This document shows positions 17,054-27,848 of a DNA stretch of 64,000 nucleotides, piece by piece. The stretch comes from Candidatus Borrarchaeum weybense (GTDB lineage Archaea; Asgardarchaeota; Sifarchaeia; Borrarchaeales; Borrarchaeaceae): NCBI GenBank assembly GCA_019057385.1, contig JAHQJS010000004.1:741062-805061 (forward strand), written 5' to 3'. Below the pieces are notes generated by a model. The model worked only from the letters and a program-made list of their open reading frames with translations. It made no database searches and had not been told where the DNA came from. Each line of letters starts with the position of its first letter. Positions within the stretch are counted from its first letter, which is position 1. The position numbers were made by a program, and so were the translations under genes.

Positions 17054-18259
17054 GTGAAAGAGATGAATTTCGCAATTGATGGCAAAAAACCGTTAGAAAT
17101 CATAATTCAATTTACCAGAAGAAAATATGTCATTGTGTTTCTGTTCAATTTTTTGTTGCGGTTGATTATCAAACTTCCAATATATGTAATGGCTTCTCTT
17201 GTCTATGATGAAAGTTTTTCCATGATCGACCGTTTTGCGGATATAGCAATGACTTGGTACGTTGGTATGCCGTTAAAAGATTCACGGCAATTCATCTTTA
17301 TGCCATTTTTAATACAAGTATTTTCCTTGAACTTTCTCATCAGTCCGTACCTTACATGGTTAGTAATTGACATTACTGGATATTCAGTCGGATTTGCTGT
17401 TATTTTTCATTTGCTTGATAAGCGAATGGAAACATGGAATATTAAAAAACCGAAAAACTTACTCGAACTCTACATCGTTTCTAATCTTTTATTCCCTGTG
17501 TCTTATCTAAAATGGAATCAGGCATTTGGACTTTTGTTGATGCTCGTTTCTCTCACCATATATTTCATTTTTGAAGATAATCTGCATTTCTCACTAGTTT
17601 TTGCTGTTTTAACTTCATTAACACACATACTCGGATGGGTTGTCGTCAATATATTGATTTTGTATTTCTATAGAAACAGGCGGTATCTGATTTTTATTAT
17701 CCCCACATTTTTTGTGTTGTTACAATTTTTATTTTTTTACCTTAGAACAGGTGATTTCTTCCTGTATTTCCATGCACAACAAGCTTATTGGGGTTATTCA
17801 TACTTCCCCATTTCTTACCCGTTTAATGTAATGGTAACTCATTGGGGTAATCCGATCGAGAATTTGTATTTAGCGATAATGTACATTTCACAACTCTGGG
17901 TCATTATTGTTATACTTTCATATTTATTGACATACTTTAAGAACAAAGATATTGATAGATTGAATCTCATCATTGGCCTGTATTTTTTATTAATCCAACT
18001 GATGACTGGACCAAGACCTCGTGATTTAAGCCGCTTTTCTGTATTGATATTACCGTTTTGCGCGGTTTTACTCCTCATTAGATTTTTGAACTCAATAAGC
18101 ATTAAAAAATTATGGGTTCTAATTGCATTTCTATGTGTTATTAACATTTTCCTTATTTGGTATTTGATAATCGCTGATTTCTTGAATGTTTCTGACCTGG
18201 GAGTAATATATGAGAAAGCATCTAGTTATCTTTTAAGAAAAATAAGCGGACTTATTTAG
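17054..18259 (+). CDS. GT-C-like membrane protein (possible mannosyltransferase)
   Basis: Polytopic; TGDFFLYFHAQQAYWG and RFSVLILPF segments resemble PIG-V-like GT-C proteins. Confidence 0.55.
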   Translation: MKEMNFAIDGKKPLEIIIQFTRRKYVIVFLFNFLLRLIIKLPIYVMASLVYDESFSMIDRFADIAMTWYVGMPLKDSRQFIFMPFLIQVFSLNFLISPYLTWLVIDITGYSVGFAVIFHLLDKRMETWNIKKPKNLLELYIVSNLLFPVSYLKWNQAFGLLLMLVSLTIYFIFEDNLHFSLVFAVLTSLTHILGWVVVNILILYFYRNRRYLIFIIPTFFVLLQFLFFYLRTGDFFLYFHAQQAYWGYSYFPISYPFNVMVTHWGNPIENLYLAIMYISQLWVIIVILSYLLTYFKNKDIDRLNLIIGLYFLLIQLMTGPRPRDLSRFSVLILPFCAVLLLIRFLNSISIKKLWVLIAFLCVINIFLIWYLIIADFLNVSDLGVIYEKASSYLLRKISGLI

Positions 18260-18318
18260 CTATCTGCATAAAAATTTTTTTTAAGTGGAGAATGAAATTA
18301 TCGTTGGGTGAAGATTGA

Positions 18319-19986
18319 ATGAAAATGTTTGACTCTAGTGTTATTGAACAGATTAAGAAGAAAAAACAAGAATGGCAAGAAGACAGCCCAAAAAATGTAT
18401 ATGAACAAACAAATTCTTCGAGCATTCCAATTAAGTTAATTTATACGCCTGCTGATATTAATCATCTAGACTACGAACAGGATTTGGGATTTCCAGGAAA
18501 GTATCCCTTCACACGAGGTATTCATAAAACTATGTACCGAGGTCGTCCTTGGACAATGCGTCAGTTCTCGGGTTTTGGGACAGCAGAACAGACAAACCAA
18601 CGTTATAAATATTTGCTCTCAGAGGGTGAAACTGGATTGAGTGTAGCCTTTGATTTTCCAACTCTTAAAGGCTATGATTCAGATGATCCAATATCTTTGG
18701 GTGAAGTCGGAGTGTGTGGCGTTGCAATCGATACATTACAGGATATGGAACTCCTTTTTGAAGATATCCCTCTCGATAAGGTTACTACTTCCATGACAAT
18801 TAATGCTCCTACACCCATACTGTTTAGTATGTATCTAGCAGTTGCAGAAGGACAAGGTATCTCGTGGGATCAAGTTGGTGGAACAGTTCAGAATGATGCA
18901 TTGAAAGAATTTATTGCACAAAAATCTTTCATTTTTCCTCCTGAGCCTTCAGTTAAACTTGTTATTGATGTTATTGAATTTTGTACAAAAAGTGTACCAA
19001 GATGGAATCCCGTAAGTATTAGTGGGTACCATATAAGAGAAGCAGGAGCTACAGCTACACAAGAACTCGCGTTCACACTTTCAGATGGTCTTACGTATGT
19101 TAGTAAAACGATTGAAAGGGGGCTAGATGTTGATGTTTTTGCACCTCGATTATCCTTATTTTTCTGTGCTCACAATGATTTCTTCGAAGAAGTAGCAAAA
19201 TTCAGAGCTGCAAGACGAATGTGGGCACGATTTATGAAAGAACGCTTTGGAGCAAAGAACGATAGAAGCATGTGGATGCGATTTCATACACAGACAAGTG
19301 GAGTGGCACTTACTGCTCAACAACCAGAAAATAACATTGTACGTGTAACTCTTCAGGCTTTGTCAGCAGTTCTTGGAGGAACACAAAGTCTTCATACCAA
19401 TAGCTTTGATGAAGCATGGCAACTCCCGTCTGAAAAAGCAGTCACTATAGCCTTAAGAACGCAGCAAATTATTGCAAATGAAAGTAACGTAACGGCTACA
19501 GTCGATCCGCTAGCTGGCAGTTATTATATCGAGTGGTTAACTGATAAAATCGAGGAAGAAGCGATGAAATACATTGATAGGATTGACAATATGGGAGGCA
19601 TGATTGAAGCAATAAAGAAAGGTTATCCACAGAGAGAAATTGCTAATAGTGCTTATGAATTCCAAAAAGAAGTTGATAATAAGAAACAAATCATAGTTGG
19701 TATAAATCAATTTAAGGATGAACATGAAGAACTTGAAATACCTCGTTTTAGAGTTGATCCTGAAGTTGAAAAAGCGCAATTAAAAAGATTAAAACGGATT
19801 AAGGAAAATAGAAACCAAGAGAAGGTATTAAGATACTTAAATGAGTTAAAGAACGCTACTGAAAGAGATGAAAATATCATTCCATACGTAGTTAATTGTG
19901 TTAAAGCTTATGCTACTTTAGGCGAGATTATAAGCATTCTTAAGGAAGTTTATGGAGTTTGGAGAGAGGAACGCCTGTTTGCTTGA
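18319..19986 (+). CDS. B12-dependent acyl-CoA mutase, substrate-binding subunit (isobutyryl-CoA mutase-like residues)
   Basis: [44 protein letters not shown]. Confidence 0.93.
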   Translation: MKMFDSSVIEQIKKKKQEWQEDSPKNVYEQTNSSSIPIKLIYTPADINHLDYEQDLGFPGKYPFTRGIHKTMYRGRPWTMRQFSGFGTAEQTNQRYKYLLSEGETGLSVAFDFPTLKGYDSDDPISLGEVGVCGVAIDTLQDMELLFEDIPLDKVTTSMTINAPTPILFSMYLAVAEGQGISWDQVGGTVQNDALKEFIAQKSFIFPPEPSVKLVIDVIEFCTKSVPRWNPVSISGYHIREAGATATQELAFTLSDGLTYVSKTIERGLDVDVFAPRLSLFFCAHNDFFEEVAKFRAARRMWARFMKERFGAKNDRSMWMRFHTQTSGVALTAQQPENNIVRVTLQALSAVLGGTQSLHTNSFDEAWQLPSEKAVTIALRTQQIIANESNVTATVDPLAGSYYIEWLTDKIEEEAMKYIDRIDNMGGMIEAIKKGYPQREIANSAYEFQKEVDNKKQIIVGINQFKDEHEELEIPRFRVDPEVEKAQLKRLKRIKENRNQEKVLRYLNELKNATERDENIIPYVVNCVKAYATLGEIISILKEVYGVWREERLFA

Positions 19987-19996
19987 GGAGTTAATA

Positions 19997-20401
19997 ATGA
20001 AAAGAATAAAAGTCCTAGTTGCAAAACCTGGCCTTGATGGGCATGATCGTGGAGCTAAAGTTATTTGTAGAGCCTTAAGAGATGCGGGAATGGAGGTAGT
20101 ATATTCTGGCCTTGAACAAACTCCAGAGCAAATTGTAAATGCTGCGATTCAAGAAGATGCAGATGTTATTGGTTTAAGCATATTAAGCGGAGCCCACAGA
20201 GTTATTTTACCAGCAGTTACGAGACTTTTGCAAGAAAAAGGAATTACTGGCGTCCTTGTTGTGTGTGGAGGCATAATCCCGACAGATGACCATGAATTTC
20301 TCAAACAGCACGGAATTGCTGCCATCTTTGGACCCGGCACACCACTCAAAAACGCTGTCAAGTATATTAGAGAGAACGTGAGTAAGGAAAGAGTTCACTA
20401 G
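19997..20401 (+). CDS. Acyl-CoA mutase cobalamin-binding small subunit
   Basis: [12 protein letters not shown] (DxHxxG), SILSGAH, GGIIP; GAGGAG SD. Confidence 0.93.
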   Translation: MKRIKVLVAKPGLDGHDRGAKVICRALRDAGMEVVYSGLEQTPEQIVNAAIQEDADVIGLSILSGAHRVILPAVTRLLQEKGITGVLVVCGGIIPTDDHEFLKQHGIAAIFGPGTPLKNAVKYIRENVSKERVH

Positions 20402-20412
20402 AGGAAAAATAG

Positions 20413-21378
20413 ATGAACGTAGAAACACTTATTGATGGTTTATTCAAAGGCGATATCATAAGCACAACCCGCCTAATTTCTCTAATTGAAAACGATTTTT
20501 TAAAAGCGGAAGAGATTAGTCGCAGGATTTATCCACATACTGGAAATGCTCATGTTGTTGGAATAACAGGTCCTCCTGGAGTCGGTAAAAGCAGTTTAGT
20601 GAATAAACTAGCACTTGGCTGGAATAAAAGGGGAAAAAAAATTGGAATAATAGCAGTAGATCCGTCAAGCCCTTATAGCGGTGGAGCGTTACTGGGAGAC
20701 AGAATAAGAATGCGAGAAATTACAGGCATCGAAGGAATTTTCATTCGTAGTATGGCTACAAGGGGATCTTTGGGAGGACTTGCTAGAGCTACACGAGATG
20801 CTATCAACATCTTGGATGCATCTGGCATGTATGACGTTGTAATCGTTGAAACAGTGGGTGCGGGACAATCTGAAGTTGAAATAATGAGGGTAGCAAAGAC
20901 TGTTGTAATGGTATTATGCCCGGGCTTGGGAGACGAAATTCAGGCTATGAAAGCAGGGGCAATGGAAATTGCAGATATATTTGCGGTCAACAAAGCAGAT
21001 AAACCAGAAGCTATAGAAACTGTCAATGACCTAGAGAGAATGTTGGATTATGAGGGATTAAATGAGGGCAAAGCAGGTTGGATGCCACAAATCGTAAGCA
21101 CATCATCAACCATGAATACTGGTATTGATGAACTTGTAAATAAAATTGAGGAGCACCAAGAATTTCTAGCAAATATGACTTCAGAGGAATTCCATGAAAA
21201 AAGAGCGGCCATGGAGTTAATTGATACGCTAATAACTAAAATCGAGAATGAAGCTATTAAGAAAGCGAAGGAAAGTCCCGTTTATAATGAACTTATTAAA
21301 AAAATTGTTGAAAAGAGAATAGATCCCTACCAAGCGGCAGATATCATTCTCAAGGAATACATGCAATCAAGCAGGTGA
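20413..21378 (+). CDS. meaB: MeaB/ArgK mutase-associated GTPase
   Basis: GPPGVGKS, VDPSSPYSGGALLGDRIRM, ETVGAGQSE, NKAD. Confidence 0.93.
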   Translation: MNVETLIDGLFKGDIISTTRLISLIENDFLKAEEISRRIYPHTGNAHVVGITGPPGVGKSSLVNKLALGWNKRGKKIGIIAVDPSSPYSGGALLGDRIRMREITGIEGIFIRSMATRGSLGGLARATRDAINILDASGMYDVVIVETVGAGQSEVEIMRVAKTVVMVLCPGLGDEIQAMKAGAMEIADIFAVNKADKPEAIETVNDLERMLDYEGLNEGKAGWMPQIVSTSSTMNTGIDELVNKIEEHQEFLANMTSEEFHEKRAAMELIDTLITKIENEAIKKAKESPVYNELIKKIVEKRIDPYQAADIILKEYMQSSR

Positions 21379-21679
21379 GCTACCTCGTGTTAAAGCCTCG
21401 AGGCTTCCTGCTTCAACGACAGACTCGATCCCCTGGCGGGTTACGGAGGTCTTATCTCCACAGGCTTAACATCCCTACGCCCCGTAGGTACTGTTAACGA
21501 TGGTGAGGCGATCGGAGTATGCACCTTGTCTACAAGTGTGCGTATTATCCCTCCAATTGCTGTTGTTATCTCTGTCATACCACCTATATAATTCTTAGGG
21601 AAACCCCTTGATGCAAATGATGAAAGTGAACACTCACCACCGCCATTCATCACCACGCTGAAGTGGTGGTGCTTTCTTG
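21375..21679 (-). mobile_element. Non-autonomous IS200/IS605 (IS1341-like) derivative retaining both ends and a TnpB omegaRNA-like 3' region
   Basis: Minus strand ends GTTAAGCCTGTGGAG...GTCGTTGAAGCAGGAAGCC-hairpin-GGTAGCTCAC; left-end hairpin GAAAGCACCACCACTTCAGCGTGGTGATGAAT; no transposase or TnpB ORF. Confidence 0.75.
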
Positions 21680-22624
21680 CTTAGCTACTCGTAATAACTT
21701 ATTTGCCCTTAGACATGCTCGTTTTAGCGTGAGAATCTGTTTTAAGTCATCATTAAGAGTTAAGCCAACAATTATATTGAATCCATTTTTATGAAGAGTT
21801 GTTATTTCGTTGGAAATAGTATTGAAATCCCCGTATAAAGACAGATTTTCAGCGTAATTTCTCAACAAATTATTTGTATCATCAGATTTTTCTAGCTTCG
21901 TTAATTCATCGCAATTCAAGTGAGTTAATCCTAAATCACATTGTGCTTTTTTTCTTCTCAAAATATATTCGCAAAGCTTTTTTGTGATACCATTTTCCGA
22001 ATTTGTATAAAGATACGGTGCGTAAAGCGCAAAATTGAACTCTCTATCGAATTGATTCCTTATTATTTCAGTTTCTTTGACTGATGTCTCTGATTTGAGT
22101 ACAAAGGGAATATAATTGTATTTATACCCGTTTTCTGAAAGATTTTGAAGAATTGCCAGTGTAGGATTCATGCAACTTTCAGTTCCGATGAATATGTCTA
22201 GACTATTGCTTGATCTATCAGATATATACTGGCTAAGGTCTACAATTTCAAATACACTTTTTGATTTCTCAACTTCATTCAAATACGCTGAATTGCCCGC
22301 AACGAGACAGAAACCCAAGTTAGTAAATGACTCTGATAACTCAATAAAATCATCAAGCTCAGAGTGTGCAGTATGTATGCCAAAGCGATCGGCTCTAGCG
22401 GCCAGTGTTACAATAATTTTTGAGGATCCATCGATCTTTTCTAATTTCTGAAGAACTTTTGACAACTCTGAGGGTGTTATGTCATATGCATTTCCCTCAA
22501 AATCAAAAACTATATAGTCAATTCCGATGGATGACGCAAATAGAATGTTATTAAGCGTTTTCTTTTTCTGTTTATACAGGTTATTTCCATATCGGGAACG
22601 TTTAATAGCTAATCCACTCTGGAA
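21650..22624 (-). CDS. Uncharacterised archaeal luciferase-like/TIM-barrel protein; start uncertain (open frame extends to 22624)
   Basis: LAIK, FDFEG, RADRFG, LVAGNSAYL, IGTES, YAP, YILRR motifs resemble a conserved archaeal hypothetical family (from memory). Confidence 0.55.
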   Translation of the reverse strand, partial: FQSGLAIKRSRYGNNLYKQKKKTLNNILFASSIGIDYIVFDFEGNAYDITPSELSKVLQKLEKIDGSSKIIVTLAARADRFGIHTAHSELDDFIELSESFTNLGFCLVAGNSAYLNEVEKSKSVFEIVDLSQYISDRSSNSLDIFIGTESCMNPTLAILQNLSENGYKYNYIPFVLKSETSVKETEIIRNQFDREFNFALYAPYLYTNSENGITKKLCEYILRRKKAQCDLGLTHLNCDELTKLEKSDDTNNLLRNYAENLSLYGDFNTISNEITTLHKNGFNIIVGLTLNDDLKQILTLKRACLRANKLLRVAKQESTTTSAW

Positions 22625-22853
22625 CTAAGTCACCTCTCAAAAAGAGCACCTCCAACGCGACTGTTTCAAAAGGTCAAAAAAAGTCAGCGTTTGTCGTATG
22701 GCATCTTGTCTGGGGTTAATAAAAATTTGATTAATATGGAAGGTGACACCCCATTTATGACACCGAAATATCGTTATTTGCTAGACTATAAAAACCTTGC
22801 TATTTGTGTTCAACTCTATTAACAGATGTCGATCTTGTAGAATATTATGACTG

Positions 22854-24035
22854 TCACGTTCTTAAAACATCTACCGGCTTAATTCTAATTGTTTTAATGA
22901 CTGGATATAATCCTGCAAGTCCTCCAATTCCTGTCGAAAGTAGAATAGCACTGATAATTGTTCGAGTTGTCAAGACGGCTTTAAATGTAAATCCAGCAGA
23001 ACTGACTGTAAAACCGATCACTCGAAAGATTATAATCGCCCCAAAGCTCCCAATTAATCCACCCAGAAAACCTACAAGTATGACTTCCATCATAAACAGT
23101 AAAAGAACTGAAGAGTTTTCAAAACCGATTGCTTTAAGAATTGCGATTTCGTGACGTCGTTCATCAATTAAATTAATCATGACATTTAATATGCCCATAA
23201 CTGCTGCCAAGACTGTTGTTATTACAATTAAGTCCATTATAACCAAAAACTGGTCAAGCATATCTGTCATGGACTTCCAAACGTTTGATTCCTTAACGGC
23301 ATCAATACCATCAATGCTTGCTTCGATATCTTGAATTACCTGATCAATATTCGAAGGATCATTTGGTTTTACAACGAAATAGCTAGTCTCATTATTTTCC
23401 ATTTCCAGAACTTCACGAGCTTTAAATGCAGGCATCCACATTTCGCTGTCCTGCATTGTATCTGTAGCAAAAATACCCACCACTTGAAATTTGTATTTCT
23501 CTAGCGTAACTTCATCCTCAGTCTCATTTTCCAATCCATGAAAAAGCGTTATTTTATAATACTCACCTACTTCGAGGTCTTTCTCGTCCGCCAAGTATTG
23601 ACCCACCATAATACGTGAAGTAAGAGCTATAGTGTCGTTGATATTCAGGCTTCTGCCTTCTAATACCTTCACATTAGTGACATTTTCATACGTGTCTACA
23701 TCAACACCTCTTATAAGATTAAAGCGGTTATTTTCGTCAAGGGTGAATCCTGTAACCATTTCAGAAACTACATCTACATTTTGAATCTCTTCTAATTCTT
23801 CACTCATGTTTCGAGCAAGGACGGAACTCCAAGGGGTAGCACTCCCCTCTTCAAGAACAAGAATGTTGTCAACTCCTGCACTAGAAAATGTCGCACGCAG
23901 GCCATCAGCTGCAGCCATCATGCTCGTAAAAATCAAAATGACAATGGCAACGCCGATGATTGGAGTAGCTAATGACCTCCAGTAAGAACGAATATCTTTC
24001 AATGCTAAACGGAAGACATCGAATACTTTGGTCAT
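22854..24035 (-). CDS. ABC transporter permease, MacB/FtsX family
   Basis: N-terminal TM, large extracellular domain, ERRHEIAILKAIGF, three C-terminal TMs. Confidence 0.9.
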   Translation of the reverse strand: MTKVFDVFRLALKDIRSYWRSLATPIIGVAIVILIFTSMMAAADGLRATFSSAGVDNILVLEEGSATPWSSVLARNMSEELEEIQNVDVVSEMVTGFTLDENNRFNLIRGVDVDTYENVTNVKVLEGRSLNINDTIALTSRIMVGQYLADEKDLEVGEYYKITLFHGLENETEDEVTLEKYKFQVVGIFATDTMQDSEMWMPAFKAREVLEMENNETSYFVVKPNDPSNIDQVIQDIEASIDGIDAVKESNVWKSMTDMLDQFLVIMDLIVITTVLAAVMGILNVMINLIDERRHEIAILKAIGFENSSVLLLFMMEVILVGFLGGLIGSFGAIIIFRVIGFTVSSAGFTFKAVLTTRTIISAILLSTGIGGLAGLYPVIKTIRIKPVDVLRT

Positions 24036-24044
24036 TTTCTATAC

Positions 24045-25205
24045 CTAGCCGAATTTCTGTAGTATATCTAACGCCCGTTTACGGGAAATTTTCGTTATTG
24101 GGTATAAACCTCCTATCAATCCTAGAATTGTGGATATGATAACAGATTCAAACGCTAATTGGTATGTGAGGTTAATAGAAATTAGATAGCCTGCCAACTC
24201 AACGTTTGATACTCCAAAAATATTTAGCATAAAGAACCCTAGAATTACTCCTACAATTCCACCTAAGAATCCAAGAAACACTGCTTCTACTGCATATATC
24301 AGCGCAATTGACTTATTTGAAACACCTACTGATTTCATGATGCCAATATCATGTCTGCGCTCTCGAAGTGTCATTGTCATTGTATTCATCATGCCAAGAA
24401 TAGCCGCTACCAAGGCTATCATTGAAACTGCAAGTATTACACCACGAAAACTATCAAGAGCTTCAGCATTAGCATCCATATATTCATCTGCTTCGAATAC
24501 AACAACTCCACGAATATTGTCTTCGATTTGTCTTCTTACATCTTCCACGTAATCATGATCTGTGACTTTTACAACGATCAAGCTTACTTTATGCAACTTA
24601 CCAACGAGATTTTGCGCGTCCCGCATGGTTAACCAGATCTCAGAGTCAATTATAGTTGATGCCGAGAATATACCTTTGATTGTGAAAGTATGTTCCTTTA
24701 GGACTATCGTGTTGCCCACCGTTTTCCCGTGTTTTTCTGCAACATTGATTCCGATCATGCAGTAATTCCGGTCCTTTTGAGCATCGCTTAATTCCTCTCC
24801 AGCTATTATCTCATATTTTTCGATAACTTGTTTATAAGAATCGACTTGAAGTCCTCGCATGGTTAAAAATTCACTATCATCATCATTAGTAGAGTTGTCG
24901 ACCATCCACCACAAAAATCCACTTACGCCGTCTATGTATTCAGGATTTACTACTCTTTCAATCTTTTTTACATACCATTCCGGCATTTGACTGACTGTTG
25001 GGTCTTCTTTACCTCTCTTCATTACGAAGAGACGGTAATCATAGGCTACAGATGTTTGCTCAACAAGGGTGTCCATTGTATTTGCAGCTGCTATCATTAC
25101 AATGTAGCTGACGATGATTCCTGCGATCCCTATAACGGTAATCGCATTTCTTAGTTTCTTTGATTTCAAATCGCGAATGGAAATGAAAAGAAACCCTAAC
25201 TTCAA
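24045..25205 (-). CDS. ABC transporter permease, MacB/FtsX family
   Basis: ERRHDIGIMKSVG motif; same topology as the neighbouring permease. Confidence 0.9.
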   Translation of the reverse strand: MKLGFLFISIRDLKSKKLRNAITVIGIAGIIVSYIVMIAAANTMDTLVEQTSVAYDYRLFVMKRGKEDPTVSQMPEWYVKKIERVVNPEYIDGVSGFLWWMVDNSTNDDDSEFLTMRGLQVDSYKQVIEKYEIIAGEELSDAQKDRNYCMIGINVAEKHGKTVGNTIVLKEHTFTIKGIFSASTIIDSEIWLTMRDAQNLVGKLHKVSLIVVKVTDHDYVEDVRRQIEDNIRGVVVFEADEYMDANAEALDSFRGVILAVSMIALVAAILGMMNTMTMTLRERRHDIGIMKSVGVSNKSIALIYAVEAVFLGFLGGIVGVILGFFMLNIFGVSNVELAGYLISINLTYQLAFESVIISTILGLIGGLYPITKISRKRALDILQKFG

Positions 25206-25217
25206 CCTGCTATTCTC

Positions 25218-25934
25218 CTAACTTCCAGAATTTTCTATAACTTTTCCATCACGTAATTTAATTATTCTATCTGTAGTTTTTGCAATCATGTCATCATGCG
25301 TAACTACAATAACGGTCTGACCTTGATCATTGATTTGTCTAAGTAATTCCATGATTTCTTCTCCAGTTTTTGAATCAAGGTCACCTGTGGGTTCATCTGC
25401 CAATATGATCGAAGGTTGAACTGCTATCGCTCGAGCAATTGCGACTCTTTGCTGTTCTCCACCACTGAGTTCTCCTGGTTTATGATACAATCTGTCATTT
25501 AATCCGACGGCTTGAAGAAATTCAGTAGCTTTTTCAAGTCTCTCTTTTTTTGATTTTCCTTGCGCAATCAAAGGCAGTTGTACATTCTCTAGGGCGCTTA
25601 GAGATGGTAGAAGGTTATAGAACTGAAAGACAAACCCGATATTTTCTCTTCTGAATTTTGTCAGTTTAGTCTCACCCAAACTAGAAAGCTCGATCTCATT
25701 GACTCTAATATTACCTTTAGTTGGTGTGTCAAGTCCCCCGATGATATTTAGAAGTGTAGTCTTGCCGCAGCCTGAGCTTCCCATAATTGCCACTATTTCT
25801 CCTTCTCTCACTCGAAAACTAACACCTCTAAGAGCTTCAACATCTGTCTTTCCTCTTTTGTAGACCTTCCAAACGTCATCTGCCTCGATAACATTCAGGC
25901 CACTTGATATACTTTTCATTTTTTTAGCACCCAT
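25218..25934 (-). CDS. ABC transporter ATP-binding protein (LolD/MacB-like)
   Basis: GSSGCGKT, LSGGEQQRVAIAR, ILADEPTG, VTHD. Confidence 0.95.
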   Translation of the reverse strand: MGAKKMKSISSGLNVIEADDVWKVYKRGKTDVEALRGVSFRVREGEIVAIMGSSGCGKTTLLNIIGGLDTPTKGNIRVNEIELSSLGETKLTKFRRENIGFVFQFYNLLPSLSALENVQLPLIAQGKSKKERLEKATEFLQAVGLNDRLYHKPGELSGGEQQRVAIARAIAVQPSIILADEPTGDLDSKTGEEIMELLRQINDQGQTVIVVTHDDMIAKTTDRIIKLRDGKVIENSGS

Positions 25935-26418
25935 ATTATGAAACGTTAACGTTGAAGATTTTGACTATATATCTTAGATCCATAATTTGAATCATTAACA
26001 CAATGGTTGATAATTGCATAACTTACGCAAATTATACATCTTTCGAAACTTATAAACATTTGTATTTTTGAACAATGATAATAAATTATTTCAAAATTGA
26101 TATAACTCCCTCATCATTGTATCTAATTCATACACACAATAGACAATAACGTTAATCCTAATAATAAAATGAACCACCAGAAGTTTTCTCCCATCCTCTC
26201 ACTCACATCTTAAGAAATTGTTTATTCTTTTATGACATCTTTCATTTTTTTCTTTTCCATATATTGAGGGGTTCAGAAGATAATGATTCTGATCTTTTGT
26301 TGATGATATAGGTTTATTGACAGATAAAGTTAGGTCAACCTGTCTTAAAAAAGTCTTATGCCTTACTGGGACGGGTATATATAAATTATTATAAGCTGGG
26401 CGACAAGTATTTACTGAG

Positions 26419-27111
26419 TTGAGGATAATGCGGAGAGTAATACTGGAAATTGATCCCGCTACTGTAATTAAAAATCCGTATAAGAAAGGGTTACAAGACG
26501 TATTATCAAAAATTGAATGGCTAGAAGGAACTAATCTATTCAATATCGACCCTGAAGAAATTTCTGAAACTGTAATGACAGTTAAAAAAACTGGGGTGTT
26601 CAAAGTCAAGTTAAAAGAGGGTTTTGAAATATCAGATTTAATTGACCCTAAAATGGGCACAATTGAACCTTTAGAAGAAGAAAATGGAGTCATTACTTGC
26701 TTTATTAAGGCACAAGTAGATGGGCTGCCGACTGAACTTATAAAATCCCTAAATTTTGATAATATGCTGATTTCGCTTCCGTTGTATCTTTCACCAGAAA
26801 AATACATTGTATCTTTCCTGGGTACTTCTGATTCAATTAAGGCTTACTTAAACTTGTTGAAATCCCTTGAAATTTCTTACAAGGCTGCCATTCAATCCCC
26901 CAATCAATTTCAAAGCGATCTTTCTTGTTTAACTAATAGACAGAAAGAGGTCATGCTCGCTGCTCGAAAATATGGTTATTATGACTATCCTAGGAGAATT
27001 TCATCACATGAACTTGCAGAAAAATTAGGTATAAGCAAATCAACAATGTTAGAGCATTTACGAAAGGCTGAAAAAAGAATGATCGATACTTTATGTGCTG
27101 TTACTGAATAA
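26419..27111 (+). CDS. Bat-type (HTH_10) transcriptional regulator
   Basis: LTNRQKEV..A..GYYDYPRRIS..ELAEKLGISKST..EHLRKAE. Confidence 0.88.
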   Translation: MRIMRRVILEIDPATVIKNPYKKGLQDVLSKIEWLEGTNLFNIDPEEISETVMTVKKTGVFKVKLKEGFEISDLIDPKMGTIEPLEEENGVITCFIKAQVDGLPTELIKSLNFDNMLISLPLYLSPEKYIVSFLGTSDSIKAYLNLLKSLEISYKAAIQSPNQFQSDLSCLTNRQKEVMLAARKYGYYDYPRRISSHELAEKLGISKSTMLEHLRKAEKRMIDTLCAVTE

Positions 27112-27123
27112 AATCTACAGAAA

Positions 27124-27783
27124 ATGATAAATATGCACAGAAAAGTGATATTAGAACTTGATCCGGCACTACTAAAAATGATGGGCTACCAAGACCTGTT
27201 ATCGAAGATAGAATATATTGAAGGTATGGATACTTTCAAAATTGAAACGCATAGTGCAAGTGAATCTGGAATCTGCAAAGTAAAACTAAGGAGAGGTATT
27301 AACTTTAGAGATTTAGAACCTGTGACAACTGCACTAGGCATGACAATCGAGCCACTTGGAGACAAGGATGGAATATTTGTTTGTTTTTTTAAAGCGAAAC
27401 TCGAAGATCGTGCAGCTGAGCTCCTTAAGTCAATTAATGCTGATCTAATTTATTCGCTTCCGTTTTATCTCTCTGAGGAGAAAGTAATACTCTCATTTTT
27501 AGGTGACAGTGAAAATATCAAATCATTTTTGGATACTTTGAAGAACTTTGGAATATCCTTTAAAGTTGTCAGTCTCCAAAAGCCAATTCAAGAGAGTGGC
27601 TTATCCTTTTTAACAGAAAGACAAAAAGAGATCTTGATTACCGCTAAAACCAAAGGATACTACGACAACCCGCGACGAATCAGTTCAAAGAAATTGGCTC
27701 AGGAATTCGGGATAAGTACGTCAACTTTACTCGAACATTTAAGAAAGGCTGAAAAGAAACTGATTGAGTTGGTAGTCACTTAA
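27124..27783 (+). CDS. Bat-type (HTH_10) transcriptional regulator, tandem paralogue
   Basis: LTERQKEIL..GYYDNPRRIS..EHLRKAE; full-length similarity to the upstream gene. Confidence 0.88.
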   Translation: MINMHRKVILELDPALLKMMGYQDLLSKIEYIEGMDTFKIETHSASESGICKVKLRRGINFRDLEPVTTALGMTIEPLGDKDGIFVCFFKAKLEDRAAELLKSINADLIYSLPFYLSEEKVILSFLGDSENIKSFLDTLKNFGISFKVVSLQKPIQESGLSFLTERQKEILITAKTKGYYDNPRRISSKKLAQEFGISTSTLLEHLRKAEKKLIELVVT

Positions 27784-27848
27784 GAGTATTTTTAACTCCT
27801 AAACGTTTCAAAGGGAGAACATTTAGATATTCACATAAATGATAATTT

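Noticed and set aside
26199-26807. 202-aa minus-strand ORF
   Set aside because: Antisense shadow of the HTH_10 regulator; the same applies to the many other short antisense ORFs in the track
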